Assembly (NCBI GenBank): GCA_964016885.1
Contig: OZ024740.1
Span: 336,474,001 to 336,538,000, forward strand
Direction of reading: 5' to 3'
Length of the DNA: 64,000 bases
Source: Eledone cirrhosa
Taxonomy: Eukaryota
In this document: positions 12,201 through 27,500 of the stretch, piece by piece
How positions within the stretch are numbered: position 1 is the first letter of the stretch
How the letters are laid out: each line of letters opens with the position of its first letter
Position numbers and translations under genes: made by a program
The notes under the pieces: model-generated
Databases searched by the model: none
What the model saw: the letters and a program-made list of their open reading frames with translations, nothing else
What the model was told of the DNA's origin: nothing

Positions 12201-13423
12201 CTCTCTATTCTTATGTTTGTCTTTCAATACCTTCTTACATATTTATGGACTACATTTTTATATTCTCGGATTCGCCGCTAAGGGACTCGGCCAGAATCTC
12301 AAAGTTTTCTTTTCGTAGCATGTTTATCATATTTCATATTCTCTGCTGACGTAAACCTCTATCTCAAACTCTAGTGAATATATTTGAAATTCAAATCTTT
12401 TAATAATGGTGAAACGAGACAGAGGGTAGAATACATATTCACAATGGACCAGATATTTCAGTTTATTTTTAACAAGTTTTTTCTATTTTTGTCTGGATCA
12501 TTGTTCTATTGTCATTTTCTTTCCGTAATCCAATTACCATATTCATTGAATATTTATTATCTAGGTCCTCTGGCTATATTCCTGTTCAGATTTTCTTACG
12601 CAATCTACCAGCTGACTCATTGTTCCATTGCTATCATTTAAAACATCGCAACAGGAATGGTTAGGTGTTTGCTGCCTCTGGTTACTGTAGATATTAACTC
12701 TACTGCCAGTATTATTGTATTCTTCCGTGTATATCATACCTTTTTTACCAGAAACATGTCTAAAAAAGCCTAGGTTTTGTGTATAACATTTAGTTATGGT
12801 GTATACCGCGCACCACCAAAACAAACAAGGAAAAAAGTAAAAGAAACTGCGCTGTTTGCATGGAGGAATGTAGTATGTGTGTGCTTACTTTCATTTACTT
12901 TGTGTCAAGTTCCCAGTTATTGAGACTGATATTGACTACGTAAGGTTATCTAGATAACAAGGTGTCAACATATGATCAACCGAGAACGAAACTTATTGAA
13001 TTAGTTAATAACAAAATACTAAACTACTACCAAGTTAAATTGAAACCACAACAGCAAAACAAAAACAGAAAAAAATCTTTGTACCAGAGATTTTCAACTG
13101 AGGTCTTAATCCAGCTACGATCAGAGGCATAATACAGTTTATATATTTTTTCTTATACAACCCTTCACAACAAAACATTTCATTGAAGTATGTATAAACT
13201 GAAAACTGCTAACTGTAACAAAAATCAACTATAAAACTTATTAACAGTTCAAAAGTGGAATAAATTGTTTTGGCGTAGAGAAGAAGCCGTCCTATCTATT
13301 TGGTATCCCCAGAAAACTTAACTTTCCGTCGAAGAGACCCAACAAACAATGGAAGGTAATAGTAACAATGTCTAGGTAACAAAGATAGGTAATAATTCAG
13401 GTAACAAAGACGGGTAATGGAAT

Positions 13424-13738
13424 AGATTTCTGTCGGTTTCGACGATGAATATTCCAGTTGTTCGACCAACGGAACTGCCTGCTCGAGAAATTAAAGTATA
13501 TTCCATACACGTGTGCCCATAACGTAATTATGAGGGTGATTCGGGGTAACAGGGTCTATGACGTAGCTTACCCATTAGATTACTGGTACAGTCCATCTGA
13601 CAGGATTCCAGTATCACTTACAAGGCTTGAGGCGATACGAGGCTATGGTAAATGACACTTGAGCAAGATGTCACATAGTGGGATTGAACCCGGTGCCTAA
13701 TGATTGCGGAACGAACTTCTTAACCATACAGCTATGCC
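13424..13738 (-). mobile_element. SINE family B, near full length
   Basis: tRNA A/B boxes, CORE-like segment, 3' tail ..CATCGTCGAAACCGAC also seen at 19070-19090. Confidence 0.78.
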
Positions 13739-14321
13739 ATTTCCACAAACGCATGTAATAGTCCTGGCAATAAACACAGATAACAATTTAAGTTTCCTAG
13801 GTGCTACTGAGGAGAAAATGTATATTTGTTTGATGTGTCTTCATTTCGAAGTTGAAGGAGTTCAAATATGTTTAAATTTAGCTAAATATTTGGGGGATGA
13901 GAAATCGGATTAAGTGCTCATGTGTACAACAAACAGTGTGTACATATCTGTGTGAATAGAGGCTAACATAGCCGTATAGTTCAGAAGTTCGTTTCCCAAT
14001 CGGGACTTCATGATTGCGAAAGAAACTATTAAAGTACGCGATATTCTTGTCTCCATTCACACGGATATGTGTTGGCATCATATGCACGAGTTTATTACTA
14101 TAGCATTGAGTTGAAGCGATCTTTATAATAAAATTGGTCCAGCGGTGAGTGATTTGAAGTCCGTCCGATGAACTGTATCTGTAATCAAAAGATCCGGCCT
14201 TGACAAATATTTTGTCACGCCGGTTCTACCAGAGAAGTACATTAAATATAGGACGTACTGGTTTATTTATTGCTTTATGGCTTTGAACTCTACACAACTA
14301 AATATTTGTTATTACTTTTAA

Positions 14322-14670
14322 TTAAATCCCGCCGAGGTTGACTTTGCCTTTCATCCTTATGGGGTCGATAAAATAAAGTACCAGTATGCACTCTGGGTAA
14401 TTGCTGGCCTTGTGCCTAAAGTAGAAACAATTACTTTTAATTAAATGGATATAAAAGGGTTTTATTATTCACAGTTATACAGACACCATACTTTGTGGCA
14501 TAGAGTTGTGGCCCTTTACTTTCTGAGTTAAAATCCCGCCGAGGTTAGCTTCGTCTTTCATCCTTACGGGGTCGATAAAATAAAGCACCATTAATGCACT
14601 GGGGTCGATTTAATCGACTTTCCCCTCCCCCAACTTACTGGCCTTGTGCCCATAGTCGAAATCATTATTC
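14322..14670 (+). mobile_element. two adjacent SINE family A copies
   Basis: Family body at 14322-14432 and 14495-14668. Confidence 0.8.
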
Positions 14671-14961
14671 ACAGTTATATAAATAATATTACAAACAAAA
14701 AAGAAGTTATACAATGATGGAAATATGAAAACAAAATTAAGTAATGAGAAAACAAGGAAGGGGTAAAGAAGGGCAGATCTAGTTGTATGGGAAAGTAGAG
14801 GAAAGGACTATAAATGCCGTAGAATACTCAGCCTTACTCACATTAATTAAACGTGTAGATAGTTGAGTTCTTCGAGCGACTGACTGCTCATCGTCGAAAC
14901 CGATGGCTGATCTATTTGCTTATTTTACTTTTCATATATGTGTGTGCATGTGAGAGAGAGA

Positions 14962-15061
<100 letters not shown>

Positions 15062-15527
15062 ATATACATAAAACCAGACATTTTTTTCCTATACACTTGT
15101 ATGCATGTGTACTTTTGTTATTTCCTGGTAAGTTGTGTGTGTGTTTGTACTCACAGAATTGTGTACATATTTATACATATATGCAAACATATAAAAATAT
15201 AAACACATAAAACGCTTATGTATCAAAAGTCGCTGTGTAAATTAGATAAGTATATGAAATCGATCTATATTAAAAATCAATTTCTTTTTATATATATAGT
15301 CTTGTTTACGTAGACGTTATTATATATGAGCCGTGAGCCATTTACATCTCACGAACAACAGCTACTTCAGTTCGAAATCTATACTAAGAAGTGGTACTTG
15401 TTGTGAAACACTCAGTTAAGATTTCCCATGATTTAGCAATTAACAAATCTAGGCCAACCAGCATGTTACAAGACTTCCACTCTCTATTTACACACACACA
15501 TATATATATGTGTGTGTGTGTGTATAC

Positions 15528-15564
<37 letters not shown>

Positions 15565-15809
15565 CGTGTGTGTGTGTGTATGCATGTATATATATTTGTG
15601 TATATATATATAATGCATATTTTATTAATGTTAATTATAATTGTAAAGCTAATGAAGTGGCTAAACTGCAGAAAACTGATCATTGACTTGTATATGCATG
15701 CATGTATGTACGTATGTATGTACGTACGTACGTATGTATGTATGTATGTATGTGTGTATATGTGTATGTGGATATATGTGTATACATGTGTATGTATATG
15801 CGCGGTGAA

Positions 15810-16152
15810 ATAGAAATAATCGGGCTGGATACCCGATCGCGCGATTAAACCACTGGGAGTGAAGGGCCCCTAGCCTTTGTCATGGCATTCTTCTAGCAGA
15901 AGGCAACTCAGGAAACTGAGATAACTCCGACATAAAACCTGCGGCTCAGTAGTTACTGATGATGTTGATCTTTTCTTCTTGTCGGGTTATAGCTACTGTC
16001 GCTCAGAGAGTGGGATTGGCTCAATGCACAGTCTTTCCTCACTTTTAAAAAAATCTTTGTGCACAGGCATTGCACGATAGAATTAATTAATAATTACTAA
16101 TAATGGTATATCGTGCAATGGCCATACTCGATAACGAGGGGGCAGCCATCAT
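15810..16152 (+). mobile_element. short sister family of the RTE-derived element, copy 2
   Basis: Highly similar to 7078-7421; internal hairpin CATTGCACGATA...TATCGTGCAATG; followed by (TATG)n. Confidence 0.78.
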
Positions 16153-16208
16153 GTCTGTATGTATGTATGTATTTATGTATGTATGTACGTATTTATGTAT
16201 GTATGTAC

Positions 16209-16308
16209 CCGTAACTGCTGTTGGAATCGTAGGGGTACAGTGTAACATCTCAAGCGTTTTAAACCTAGCGGAGCCCATATTCTCTGTAGGTCTTGACACA
16301 ACCGACAT
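16209..16308 (-). CDS. candidate 100-nt internal exon
   Basis: Long pyrimidine tract ..ctctccctccttccccggaag|ATGTCGG...GTTACGG|gtacat; two open frames. Confidence 0.35.
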
Positions 16309-17040
16309 CTTCCGGGGAAGGAGGGAGAGTGAGATAGAGGAAGTGAGAAAAAGATATAGTGGAAGAATCGACCCCAATACATGACTGGTACTTTTTTATA
16401 GACCTCGAAAAACTGAAAGGCAAAATTGAACATGGAGTGCAGAGAACCGGACCGAATGCTGCAAAGCATTCTATCCGACGTTCTAACTTATCTGTCAAAT
16501 CGCCGCTCATAATTGCTTTGGGAATTTGCTCTGTAGATATTATTTTTTCTACATGAAATAAATCATGTACCTTTTCTACTAATATACTGAGAACCTCATT
16601 TAACTGCAGTTTCTTTCCATTCCTCTTTGGAAGAACGATCTTTAATTATTTATATATATGTGTGCGTGTGTGTGGGGGTGGGGGTTATATGTGTGTGACA
16701 CGTGTAAAAACGCATATCTGAAAGAGTTGACATAGAAACTACCACGTGATTTCAACACACAATAACGTCACAGTTTCTGCCAATAATATTTGCTAATTAA
16801 GCAATTAAATTAAAGTGTTAGCAAATCATTATATATGGGCGTTCGTGGCTACGTTTCTTTTCTCAGCTAATTAGAACAAAATCTTGAGTGTGTAATCAAA
16901 AATCAGATTAGTAAAGAAAGAATCAACTTAAACCTTCCATTTTTCTCGCATTCTAACGTCAGCTCCCCTTCCTCCGCTACCATGTTTGGATTCCTGGATT
17001 TCTCAGGATTTCCGCATAACAATAAAAGAGATAATAATAC

Positions 17041-17420
17041 ATGTGGTGGTGGAGGTGGTGGTGTTTGTAGAAGTGGTGGTGGTGGTGGTGGTGATGATGC
17101 TTGTGCTGGTGGTAATGGTGGTGGTGGTGTTGACGGTGGTGGAGGTGGTAGTGGTGGTGGTGGTGGTGGTGCTTGTGCTAGTGGAGGTGGTGGTGCTGGT
17201 GCTGGTGCTGGTGCTTGTGTTAGTGCTAGTGGAGGTAGTGGTGTTGATGATAGTGGTGGTGGTGATGGTAGTGGTGGTGGTGGTGGTGGTGGTGGTAGTG
17301 GTGGTGTTGTGGTAGTTGTGGTGATGGTGCTGCTGCTGCTGCTGCTGCTTGTGGTGGTGGTGGTGGTGGTGGTGGGAGGTGATTATGTTGAAACTGACGA
17401 TGATGTTAATGATAATGATG
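17041..17420. repeat. (GGT/GCT)n trinucleotide low-complexity tract
   Basis: Degenerate GGT repeats; source of the poly-Gly and poly-Val ORFs. Confidence 0.9.
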
Positions 17421-18404
17421 GTAACAGTGGTAGTGCTGCTAGTTCTAATGTTGACGATGGTGTGGGTGATATTTTTTTTATCCCTCGTTGTAACAAGTCT
17501 TTATGGAAATTAGGTGGAAAGGGGGGTGGGTGAAGGCTGTGTGTTCGAGGAGGAGAGATCGGTGGCGGTGATCATCATCATCGTCATTGTAGTAGCGAAA
17601 AAGCTGGATTTTTTTTTAATTCCGGATGATTATATGATTTGTGTGTATGTTGTAAGTATATAATTTATCAATAAAACATTCAATATATCGATATAAATAT
17701 ACACAGATGTAATAACAACACCCACACACAAATACACTAGTGACCAAAGATAGAATATAAACACATAAACACACGCAGACTCAGACACGAACACACGAGC
17801 ACAGACTACACAGAAAACACGCACACAAACGCATGCGCAAACATAGACAACCAAAAACTAAAATAAAAAATATTATAGAAACGCAACGGAAGGAAACACA
17901 GCGATAATCACTAAGGATGTCACAGGAAAATGTGTGATGAAAGAAATTTGAAAAATTATATTGATATTTATATTATATTTATATAATTATACTTATATTT
18001 ATATTTTTAACTGTTGGTCAATCAGTGATAAACATTGATTGCCAGTTAAGTTATTCATAAAAATATTTTAAAATATACTGAAGCAAAAACCAAACCTAAC
18101 AAAGAATGTGTTTTACTATTTTTAGCAATATTAGAACAACATGACCCTCTCCAAATATTTAAAATGTCATATTGATCTTTAATACTTGGTAGCTGTTTCT
18201 AATTAAATCGTGACATTTCCGTGGGATTAGTTAGTCTGTCTTGTTTGACAATGAAACATTTGCGTCGTTTCTACTTCGTTTTCTTCTTTGACGTGGCTGC
18301 TTTCAGTTTCCGTAGGAAAAAAAAATAGTTTTCATTTCCCCATTGGTCCTTATCCGTGGCGGGGACTCTAGCTTTTAGTAAATTAATATTGCGATGAGCT
18401 GTGA

Positions 18405-19090
18405 ACACTGCATGACCGACTAGTTAAGAAGTTCGCTTTGCAATTATTAGGTCTCGGGTTCGATCCAACTACACGTCATCTTGGGCAAGTGTTATTTACT
18501 ATAGCCTAGAGCAGACCCAAGTCATGTGAGTGAAAGTTAGTAGTCAGAAATTGTTTAGAAGCCTGTCGGATGGACTGAATTTGTAAAGTCAAAGGGCCGA
18601 CTTCGCCACACGCTCTGTCACGTTGAATTTTCCTTATAATTACGTTATGGCTGCACGTGTTTGTGAAATGCTCAAGCACTTCTTCTTCTTCGTCTTCTTC
18701 ATCTTCTACTTCATCTTCTTCGCCCACTTGTTCCTTAGAGAGTCGTGCAGGCTGAGTCCTCAGACACTCCTTCCAACGGGTCCTGTCAGAAGCAACCGTC
18801 TCGAACTGATCCGGCTGAATCCTCAAGCGTAGCCAGCCAAGCTCATGGATGTTATTCAACCATCTTACTCGGGTTCTACCCTTGGGTCTCTTGCCGGTTG
18901 GCTTTGCCCGTAAAATCTGTCCAGCAATTCTTTTCTGAGGCATTCTAACCACATGCCCATAGTATCGGAGCTGTGATCTCTCAATTTGGAGTGCTCAAGC
19001 ACTCACATATTAATTTCGCATATTAATTTCACAACTAGGCTGTTTCGTTGATCGAGTAACTGGAACATTCATCGACGAAACCGACGGAGG
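18405..19090 (+). mobile_element. SINE family B copy interrupted by an RTE insertion
   Basis: AGTTAAGAAG..GGGTTCGATCC..CATCTTGGGCAAGTG head at 18420-18490; tail resumes at 19004-19090. Confidence 0.72.
18681..18991 (-). mobile_element. 5'-truncated RTE-clade LINE with (GAA)-rich tail and 12-bp TSD
   Basis: LQIERSQLRYYGHVVRMPQKRIAGQILRAKPTGKRPKGRTRVRW, typical RTE C-terminus; TSD TGCTCAAGCACT at 18669-18680 and 18992-19003. Confidence 0.85.
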
Positions 19091-20712
19091 TGAATTCCAT
19101 GTCTTTTGTAAAGCTTCTCCAACACGATAATACTATAAAGACTGAAATTTTATGATTCAAAAGAGTGGCTATTGATATATTTGGGCTTCACAAAGTATGT
19201 CCAATCAAACTTAAACTTTTTGACCGTATAATGCTAGAGAAAACGTAATCTACTAAGTAATAAAAAAAAATCTACACGCCTGCAATTAGCCGTTCATTGT
19301 GTATTCTATGTGAAAAATGAACTCCAAGTGTAAATCACTATAAGAGAACGGAACTGTTTCAATACAAGCTTAACTATGAAAAGTAGCATCATTTTAATTC
19401 TATTACTAACTGAATAATTCCAAATAAAGTTTGCGTGTTGTTACTCGTGCTAATTGGCATCTTTGTCTAAAAGCATTTCTATCCTCTGTTATAATACCTC
19501 TAAGATCTTATTTCTATTTCCATAACAGTAACAGAAACCATATTAGTACGATTTCTATTGTTATTGTTCTTGTTGATATTCATATGTTTGTTTTGGGTGG
19601 TCACGTTTCACAGAGCTCATCCTAGAAAATATTTTCTTCCAGTATTGCATTATAAGAAAAGGGGTTTGTTTTTGAGGAACAGGAGAGGATCTATCTGCCA
19701 ACAAATGGCTTCGGAATATGTGAACGTTCGTTCTATTACCCTTGGGTAGAAAATCATGTCCGTTCTTGAGCGTTTTTATTGTATGCAAACATATATTTGC
19801 AAATATCTATTTTATTTCATTTATCTGTCGTTCAATATGGCCACCTCTGAAGTAAAGAGATGAGGTGCTAACCACGAGAGTGAATCAGTCCTTCGCAAGG
19901 GGTTTTCAATATTTTTTAAAACAAAAAAAATAGACTTGAAAAATGATAAACAGAATAACGTGGTAGACCTAGTTATAAACACAGTCACTATTTAGTTGGT
20001 AAAATCACAAACATAAATGATATTAGGAAAGTTTTCAACAGCAATTCATCTATTGCAAATGTTGAAAGTCAATGGAAGTTCAACAAAAAGAAATTATGGA
20101 TCAGTTATGTCACAAAAGACAGTGTCTCTTCACCCGACGAATATATCCAAGAAAGAGTAAGGAGGAAGGTGACACACCTCTTTTAAAAAAATATATATAA
20201 CGAAAGAGTGCTACCATGTGATTTCAAAAGTTGGCGAAATCCTTAACCGATATGTGGCAGGATATGTGTTCCATCGATTAGGGCAAGGCATTTTGAAGTG
20301 GACACCTGTTATGACCGAGAATCAGATGATAAGAAATAGATATGGTGCACCACACGCATACCACATACTGACACCACATTATATGAGTCTCAGAAATACG
20401 AGGATCACAGCCAGAGACAAAGATAAAAATGTTGACAGTCAGGTTGTCATCTTTCCTAGACAGTACAGACATATGCTGAGCGGAGAAATGACCTGCAATA
20501 ACGCGATCTGTTCTAATTATTATGCGTATTTATATGATTTATGTTTATTTTGTTTTAATGTATATCAAATCTGGAATGTGTTCTTTGTCCTTGCACCACA
20601 CCTTGTTTATATATAATTTATTTTTCCTACTCCACGTATCGTTGTAAGTCTCTCTTTGACGTTTCATAGTTTGTATCTAAGAACTAAATTTTATGTAATG
20701 TAATTGCCTTCA

Positions 20713-21555
20713 AATAATTGTTTCTACTTTTGGCACAAGGCCAGCAATTATCCCAGTGCATTACTGGTACTTTATTTTATCAACCCCGTAAGGATGGAAG
20801 GCAAAGTTAACCTCGGCGGAATTAATTTCAAATTGCCTTCAATAATAATTGTTTCTACTTTTAGCACGAGGCCAGCAATTATCCCAGTGCATTACTGGTA
20901 CTTTATTTTATCGACCCCGTAAGGATGAAAGGCAAAGTTAACCTTCAAATAATAATGGTTTCTGATTTAAACACAAGACCAACAATTTTGCCGGAGAAAG
21001 TCGATTAAATCGACCTCAGTGCGTTAGTGGTACTTAGTTTTACTTTGCTTCAAATTATTATTATCATTAATTGGCAGTATCGGTAGAGCGTCGGTCAACC
21101 TGCTTCGCGGCATAGAGTTACGGCCCTTTACATTCTGAGTTCAAACCCCGTCGAGGTTAGCTTTGCCTTTCATTCTTACGTGGTCGATAAAATAAAGAAC
21201 CAGTTAATGCAATGCACTGGGATCGATTTATTCGACTTTGCCACAAAATTGCTGGCCTTGTACTTAAATCAGAAATCATTATTAGCCAGAGTTCAAATCC
21301 CGCCGAGGTTAACTTTACCTTTCATCCTTACGGGGTCGATAACATAAAAAACCAGTAATGTACTGAGTAATTGCTGGCCTTGTGCCAAATGTAGAAACAA
21401 TTATTAGCCAGAGCTGTATATTAGCAGAATCGTTAGAGTGTCAGCAAAAATACTCTGCGATATTCGACCCCAGCTCTATGTTTTTCATTCAAATTCCGCT
21501 AATGTGTTTCCCTTTCATTCTTACAGGATCGATAAAATAAATTACATCAAGTACA
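20713..21555. mobile_element. cluster of about six SINE family A fragments in both orientations
   Basis: Minus copies at 20713, 20845, 20950; plus copies at 21070, 21289; degenerate plus copy at 21410-21555 abutting the satellite. Confidence 0.8.
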
Positions 21556-21580
21556 TCATAGGTTACCACCGTGTAATATA

Positions 21581-24500
21581 TTACCACAACCTATAACATG
21601 TTATACTTTACCACAGCCTATAACATGTTATACTTTACCACAGACTATAACATGTCATACTTTACCACAGACTATAACATGTTATACTTTACCACAGTCT
21701 ATAACATGTTATACTTTACCACAGCCTATAACATGTTATACTTTACCACAGACTATAACATGTTATACTTTACCACAGTCTATAACATGTTATACTTTAC
21801 CACAGCCTATAACATGTTATACTTTACCACAGACTATAACATGTTATATTTACCACAGCCTATAACATGTTATACTTTACCACAGCCTATAACATGTTAT
21901 ACTTTACCACAGACTATAACATGTTATACTTTACCACAGTCTATAACATGTTATACTTTACCATTGCCTATAACATGTTATACTTTACCACAGCCTATAA
22001 CATGTTATACTTTACCACAGACTATAACATGTTATACTTTAACACAGACTATAACATGTTATACTTTACCACAGCCTATAACATGTTATACTTTACCACA
22101 GTCTATAACATGTTATACTTTACCACAGCCTATAACATATTATATTTTACCACAGCCTATAACATGTTATACTTTACCACAGACTATAACATGTTATACA
22201 TTTACCACAGCCTATAATAGGTTATACTTTACCACAGTCTATAACATGTTATACTTTACCACAGACTATAACATGTTATACTTTACCACAGACTACATTA
22301 CCACAGACTATAACATGTTATACTTTACCACAGGCTACATTTACCACATACTATAACATGTTATACTTTACCACACACTACATTTACCACAGTCTATAAC
22401 ATGTTATACTTTACCACAGACTACATTTACCACAGACTATAACATGTTATACTTTACCACAGCCTATAACATGTTATACTTTACCACAGCCTATAACATG
22501 TTATACTTTACAACAGACTATAACATGTTATACTTTACCACAGACTATAACATGTTATACTTTAGCACAGACTACATTTACCACAGATTATAACATGTTA
22601 TACTTTACTACAGACTATAGCATGTTATACTTTACCACAGCCTATAACATGTTATACTTTACTACAGACTATAACATGTTATACTTTATCACAGCCTATA
22701 ACATGTTATACTTTACCACAGCCTATAACATGTTATACTTTACTACAGACTATAACATGTTATACTTTACCACAGACCACATTTACCACAGCCTATAACA
22801 TGTTATAATTTACCACAGACTATAATATGTTATACTTTACCACAGACCACATTTACCACAGACTATAACATGTTATACTTTACCACAGACTATAGCATGT
22901 TATACTTTACCACAGCCTATAAAATGTTATACTTTACCACAGCCTATAACATGTTATACTTTACCACAGCCTATAACATGTTATACTTTACCACAGACCA
23001 CATTTACCACAGCCTATAAGTTGTTATACTTTACCACAGACTATAGCATGTTATATTTTACCACAGCATATAACATGTCATACATTACCACAGTCTATAA
23101 CATGTTATACTTTACCACAGAGTATAACATGTTATACTTTACCACAGACTACATTATCACAGACTATAACATGTTATACTTTACCACAGATTATAACATG
23201 TTATACTTTACCACAGCCTATAAGATGTCATACATTACCACACACTATAACATGTTATACTTTACCACAGAGTATAACATGTTATACTTTACCACAGAGT
23301 ATAACATGTTATACTTTACCACAGACTACATTACCACACACTATAACATGTCATACTTTACCACAGTCTATAACATGTTATACTTTACCACAGTCTATAA
23401 CATGTTATACTTTACCACAGACTATAACATGTTATACTTTACCACAGCCTATAACATGTTATACTTTACCACAGTTTATAACATGTTATACTTTACCACA
23501 GACTATAACATGTTGTACATTTACCACAGTCTATAACATGTTATACTTTACCACAGACTATAACATGTTGTACATTTACCACAGACTATAACATGTTATA
23601 CTTTACCATAGCCTATAACATGTTATACTTTACCACAGTTTATGACATGTTATACTTTACCACAACCTATAACATGTTATACTTTACCACAGTCTATAAC
23701 ATGTTATACTTTACCACAGCCTATAACACGTTATACTTTACCACAGCCTATAACATGTTATAATTTACCACAATCTATAACATGTTATACTTTACCTCAG
23801 TCTATAACATGTTATACTTTACCACAGACTATAACATGTTATACTTTACCACAGACAACATTACCACAGACTATAACATGTTATACTTTACCACAGGCTA
23901 CATTTACCACATACTATAACATGTTATACTTTACCACACACTACATTCACCACAGTCTATAACATGTTATACTTTACCACAGACTACATTTACCACAGAC
24001 TATAACATGTTATACTTACCACAGCCTATAACATGTTATACTTTACCACAGCCTATAACATGTTATACTTTACAACAGACTATAACATGTTATACTTTAC
24101 CACAGACTATAACATGTTATACTTTAGCACAGACTACATTTACCACATATTATAACATGTTATACTTTACTACAGACTATAGCATGTTATACTTTACCAC
24201 AGCCTATAACATGTTATACTTTACTACAGACTATAACATGTTATACTTTATCACAGCCTATAACATGTTATACTTTACCACAGCCTATAACATGTTATAC
24301 TTTACTACAGACTATAACATGTTATACTTTACCACAGCCTATAACATGTTATACTTTACCACAGACCACATTTACCACAGCCTATAACATGTTATACTTT
24401 ACCACAGACTATAATATGTTATACTTTACCACAGACCACATTTACCACAGACTATAACATGTTATACTTTACCACAGACTATAGCATGTTATACTTTACC

Positions 24501-27500
24501 ACAGACTATAACATGTTATACTTTACCACAGACTACATTTACCACAGTCTATAACATGTTATACTTTACCACAGACTATAGCATGTTATACTTTACCACA
24601 GCCTATAAAATGTTATACTTTACCACAGCCTATAACATGTTATACTTTACCACAGCCTATAACATGTTATACTTTACCACAGACCACATTTACCACAGCC
24701 TATGAGTTGTTATACTTTACCACAGATTATAGCATGTTATATTTTACCACAGCCTATAACATGTCATACATTACCACAGTCTATAACATGTTATACTTTA
24801 CCACAGAGTATAACATGTTATACTTTACCACAGACTACATTATCACAGACTATAACATGTTATACTTTACCACAGATTATAACATGTTATACTTTACCAC
24901 AGCCTATAACATGTCATACATTACCACACACTATAACATGTTATACTTTACCACAGAGTATAACATGTTATACTTTACCACAGAGTATAACATGTTATAC
25001 TTTACCACAGACTACATTACCACACACTATAACATGTCATACTTTACCACAGTCTATAACATGTTATACTTTACCACAGTCTATAACATGTTATACTTTA
25101 CCACAGACTATAACATGTTATACTTTACCACAGCCTATAACATGTTATACTTTACCACAGTTTATAACATGTTATACTTTACCACAGACTATAACATGTT
25201 GTACATTTTACCACAGTCTGTAACATGTTATACTTTACCACAGACTATAACATGTTGTACATTTACCACAGACTATAACATGTTATACTTTACCATAGCC
25301 TATAACATGTTATACTTTACCACAGTTTATGACATGTTATACTTTACCAGAACCTATAACATGTTATACTTTACCACAGTCTATAACATGTTATACTTTA
25401 CCACAGCCTATAACATGTTATACTTTACCACAGCCTATAACATGTTATAATTTACCACAACCTATAACATGTTATTCTTTACCTCAGTCTATAACATGTT
25501 ATACTTTACCACAGCCTATAACATGTTATACTTTACCACAGCCTATAACACGTTATACTTTACCACAACCTATAACATGTTATACTTTACCACAGTCTAT
25601 AACATGTTATACTTTACCACAACCTATAACATGTTATACTTTACCACAACCTATAACATGTTATACTTTAACACAGACTATAACATGTCATACTTTACCA
25701 CAGTCTATAACATGTTATACTTTACCACAGACTATAACATGTCATACTATACCACAGTCTATAACATGTTATACTTTACCACAGTCTATAACATGTTATA
25801 CTTTACCACAGACTATAACATGTTATGCTTTACCACAGACTATAACATGTCATACTTTACCACAGTCTATAAAATGTTTAACTTTACCACAGCCTATAAC
25901 ATGTTATACTCTACCACAGGCTATAACATGTTATACTTTGCCACAACCTATAAAATGTTATACTTTACCACACCCTATAACATGTTTAATTTACCACAGT
26001 CTATAACATGTTATACTTAACCACAGACTATAACATGTTATACTTTACCACAACCTATAACATGTTATACTTTACCACAGACTATAACATGTTATACTCT
26101 ACCACAGCCTATAACATGTTATACTTTACCACAGTCTATAACATGTTATACTTTACCACAGACTATAACATGTTATACTTTAGCACAGACTACATTTACC
26201 ACAGACTATAACATGTTATACTTTACTACAGACTATAACATGTTATACTTTACCACAGCCTATAACATGTTATATTTACCACAGCCTATAACATGTTATA
26301 CTTTACTACAGACTATAACATGTTATACTTTACCACAGCCTATAACATGTTATACTTTACCACAGACTATAACATGTTATACTTTACCACAGACCACATT
26401 TACCACAGCCTATAACATGATATACTTTACCACAGAATATAGCATGTTATACTTTACCACAGACTATAACATGTTATACTTTACCACAGACTAGATTTAC
26501 CACAGTCTATAACATGTTATACTTTACCACAGACTATAGCATGTTATACTTTACCACAGCCTATAACATGTTATACTTTACCACAGCCTATAACATGTTA
26601 TACTTTACCACAGCCTATAACATGTTATACTTTACCACAGCCTATAACATGTTATACTTTACCACAGACCACATTTACCACAGCCTATAAGTTGTTATAC
26701 TTCACCACAGACTATAACATGTTATACTTTACCACAGCCTATAACATGTCATACATTACCACAGTCTATAACATGTTATACTTTACCACAGAGTATAACA
26801 TGTTATACTTTACCACAGACTACATTATCACAGACTATAACATGTTATACTTTACCACAGATTATAACATGTTATACTTTACCACAGCCTATAACATGTC
26901 ATACATTACCACACACTATAACATGTCATACTTTACCACAGTCTATAACATGTTATACTTTAACAGAGTATAACATGTTATACTTTACCACAGACTACAT
27001 TACCACAGTCTATAACATGTTATACTTTACCAAAGTCTATAACATGTCATACATTACCACACACTATAACATGTCATAATTTACCACAGTCTATAACATG
27101 TTATACTTTACCACAGAGTATAACATGTTATACTTTACCACAGACTACATTACCACACACTATAACATGTCATACTTTACCACAGTCTATAACATGTTAT
27201 ACTTTACCACAGTCTATAACATGTTATACTTTACCATAGCCTATAACATGTTATACTTTATCACAGTTTATAACATGTTATACTTTACCACAACCTATAA
27301 TATGTTATACTTTACCACAGTCTATAACAAGTTATACTTTACCACAGCCTATAACATGTTATACTTTACCACAGCCTATAACACGTTATACTTTACCACA
27401 ACCTATAACATGTTATACTTTACCACAGTCTATAACATGTTATACTTTACCACAACCTATAACATGTTATACTTTACCACAACCTATAACATGTTATACT

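Noticed and set aside
12561-12771. Possible terminal exon on the minus strand (cttttttag|ACATGTTTCTGG...)
   Set aside because: Phase is incompatible with the preferred exon chain and no homology was recognised
16982-17533. 183-aa Gly-rich ORF
   Set aside because: Translation of a GGT/GCT trinucleotide tract, with equally long poly-Val in another frame
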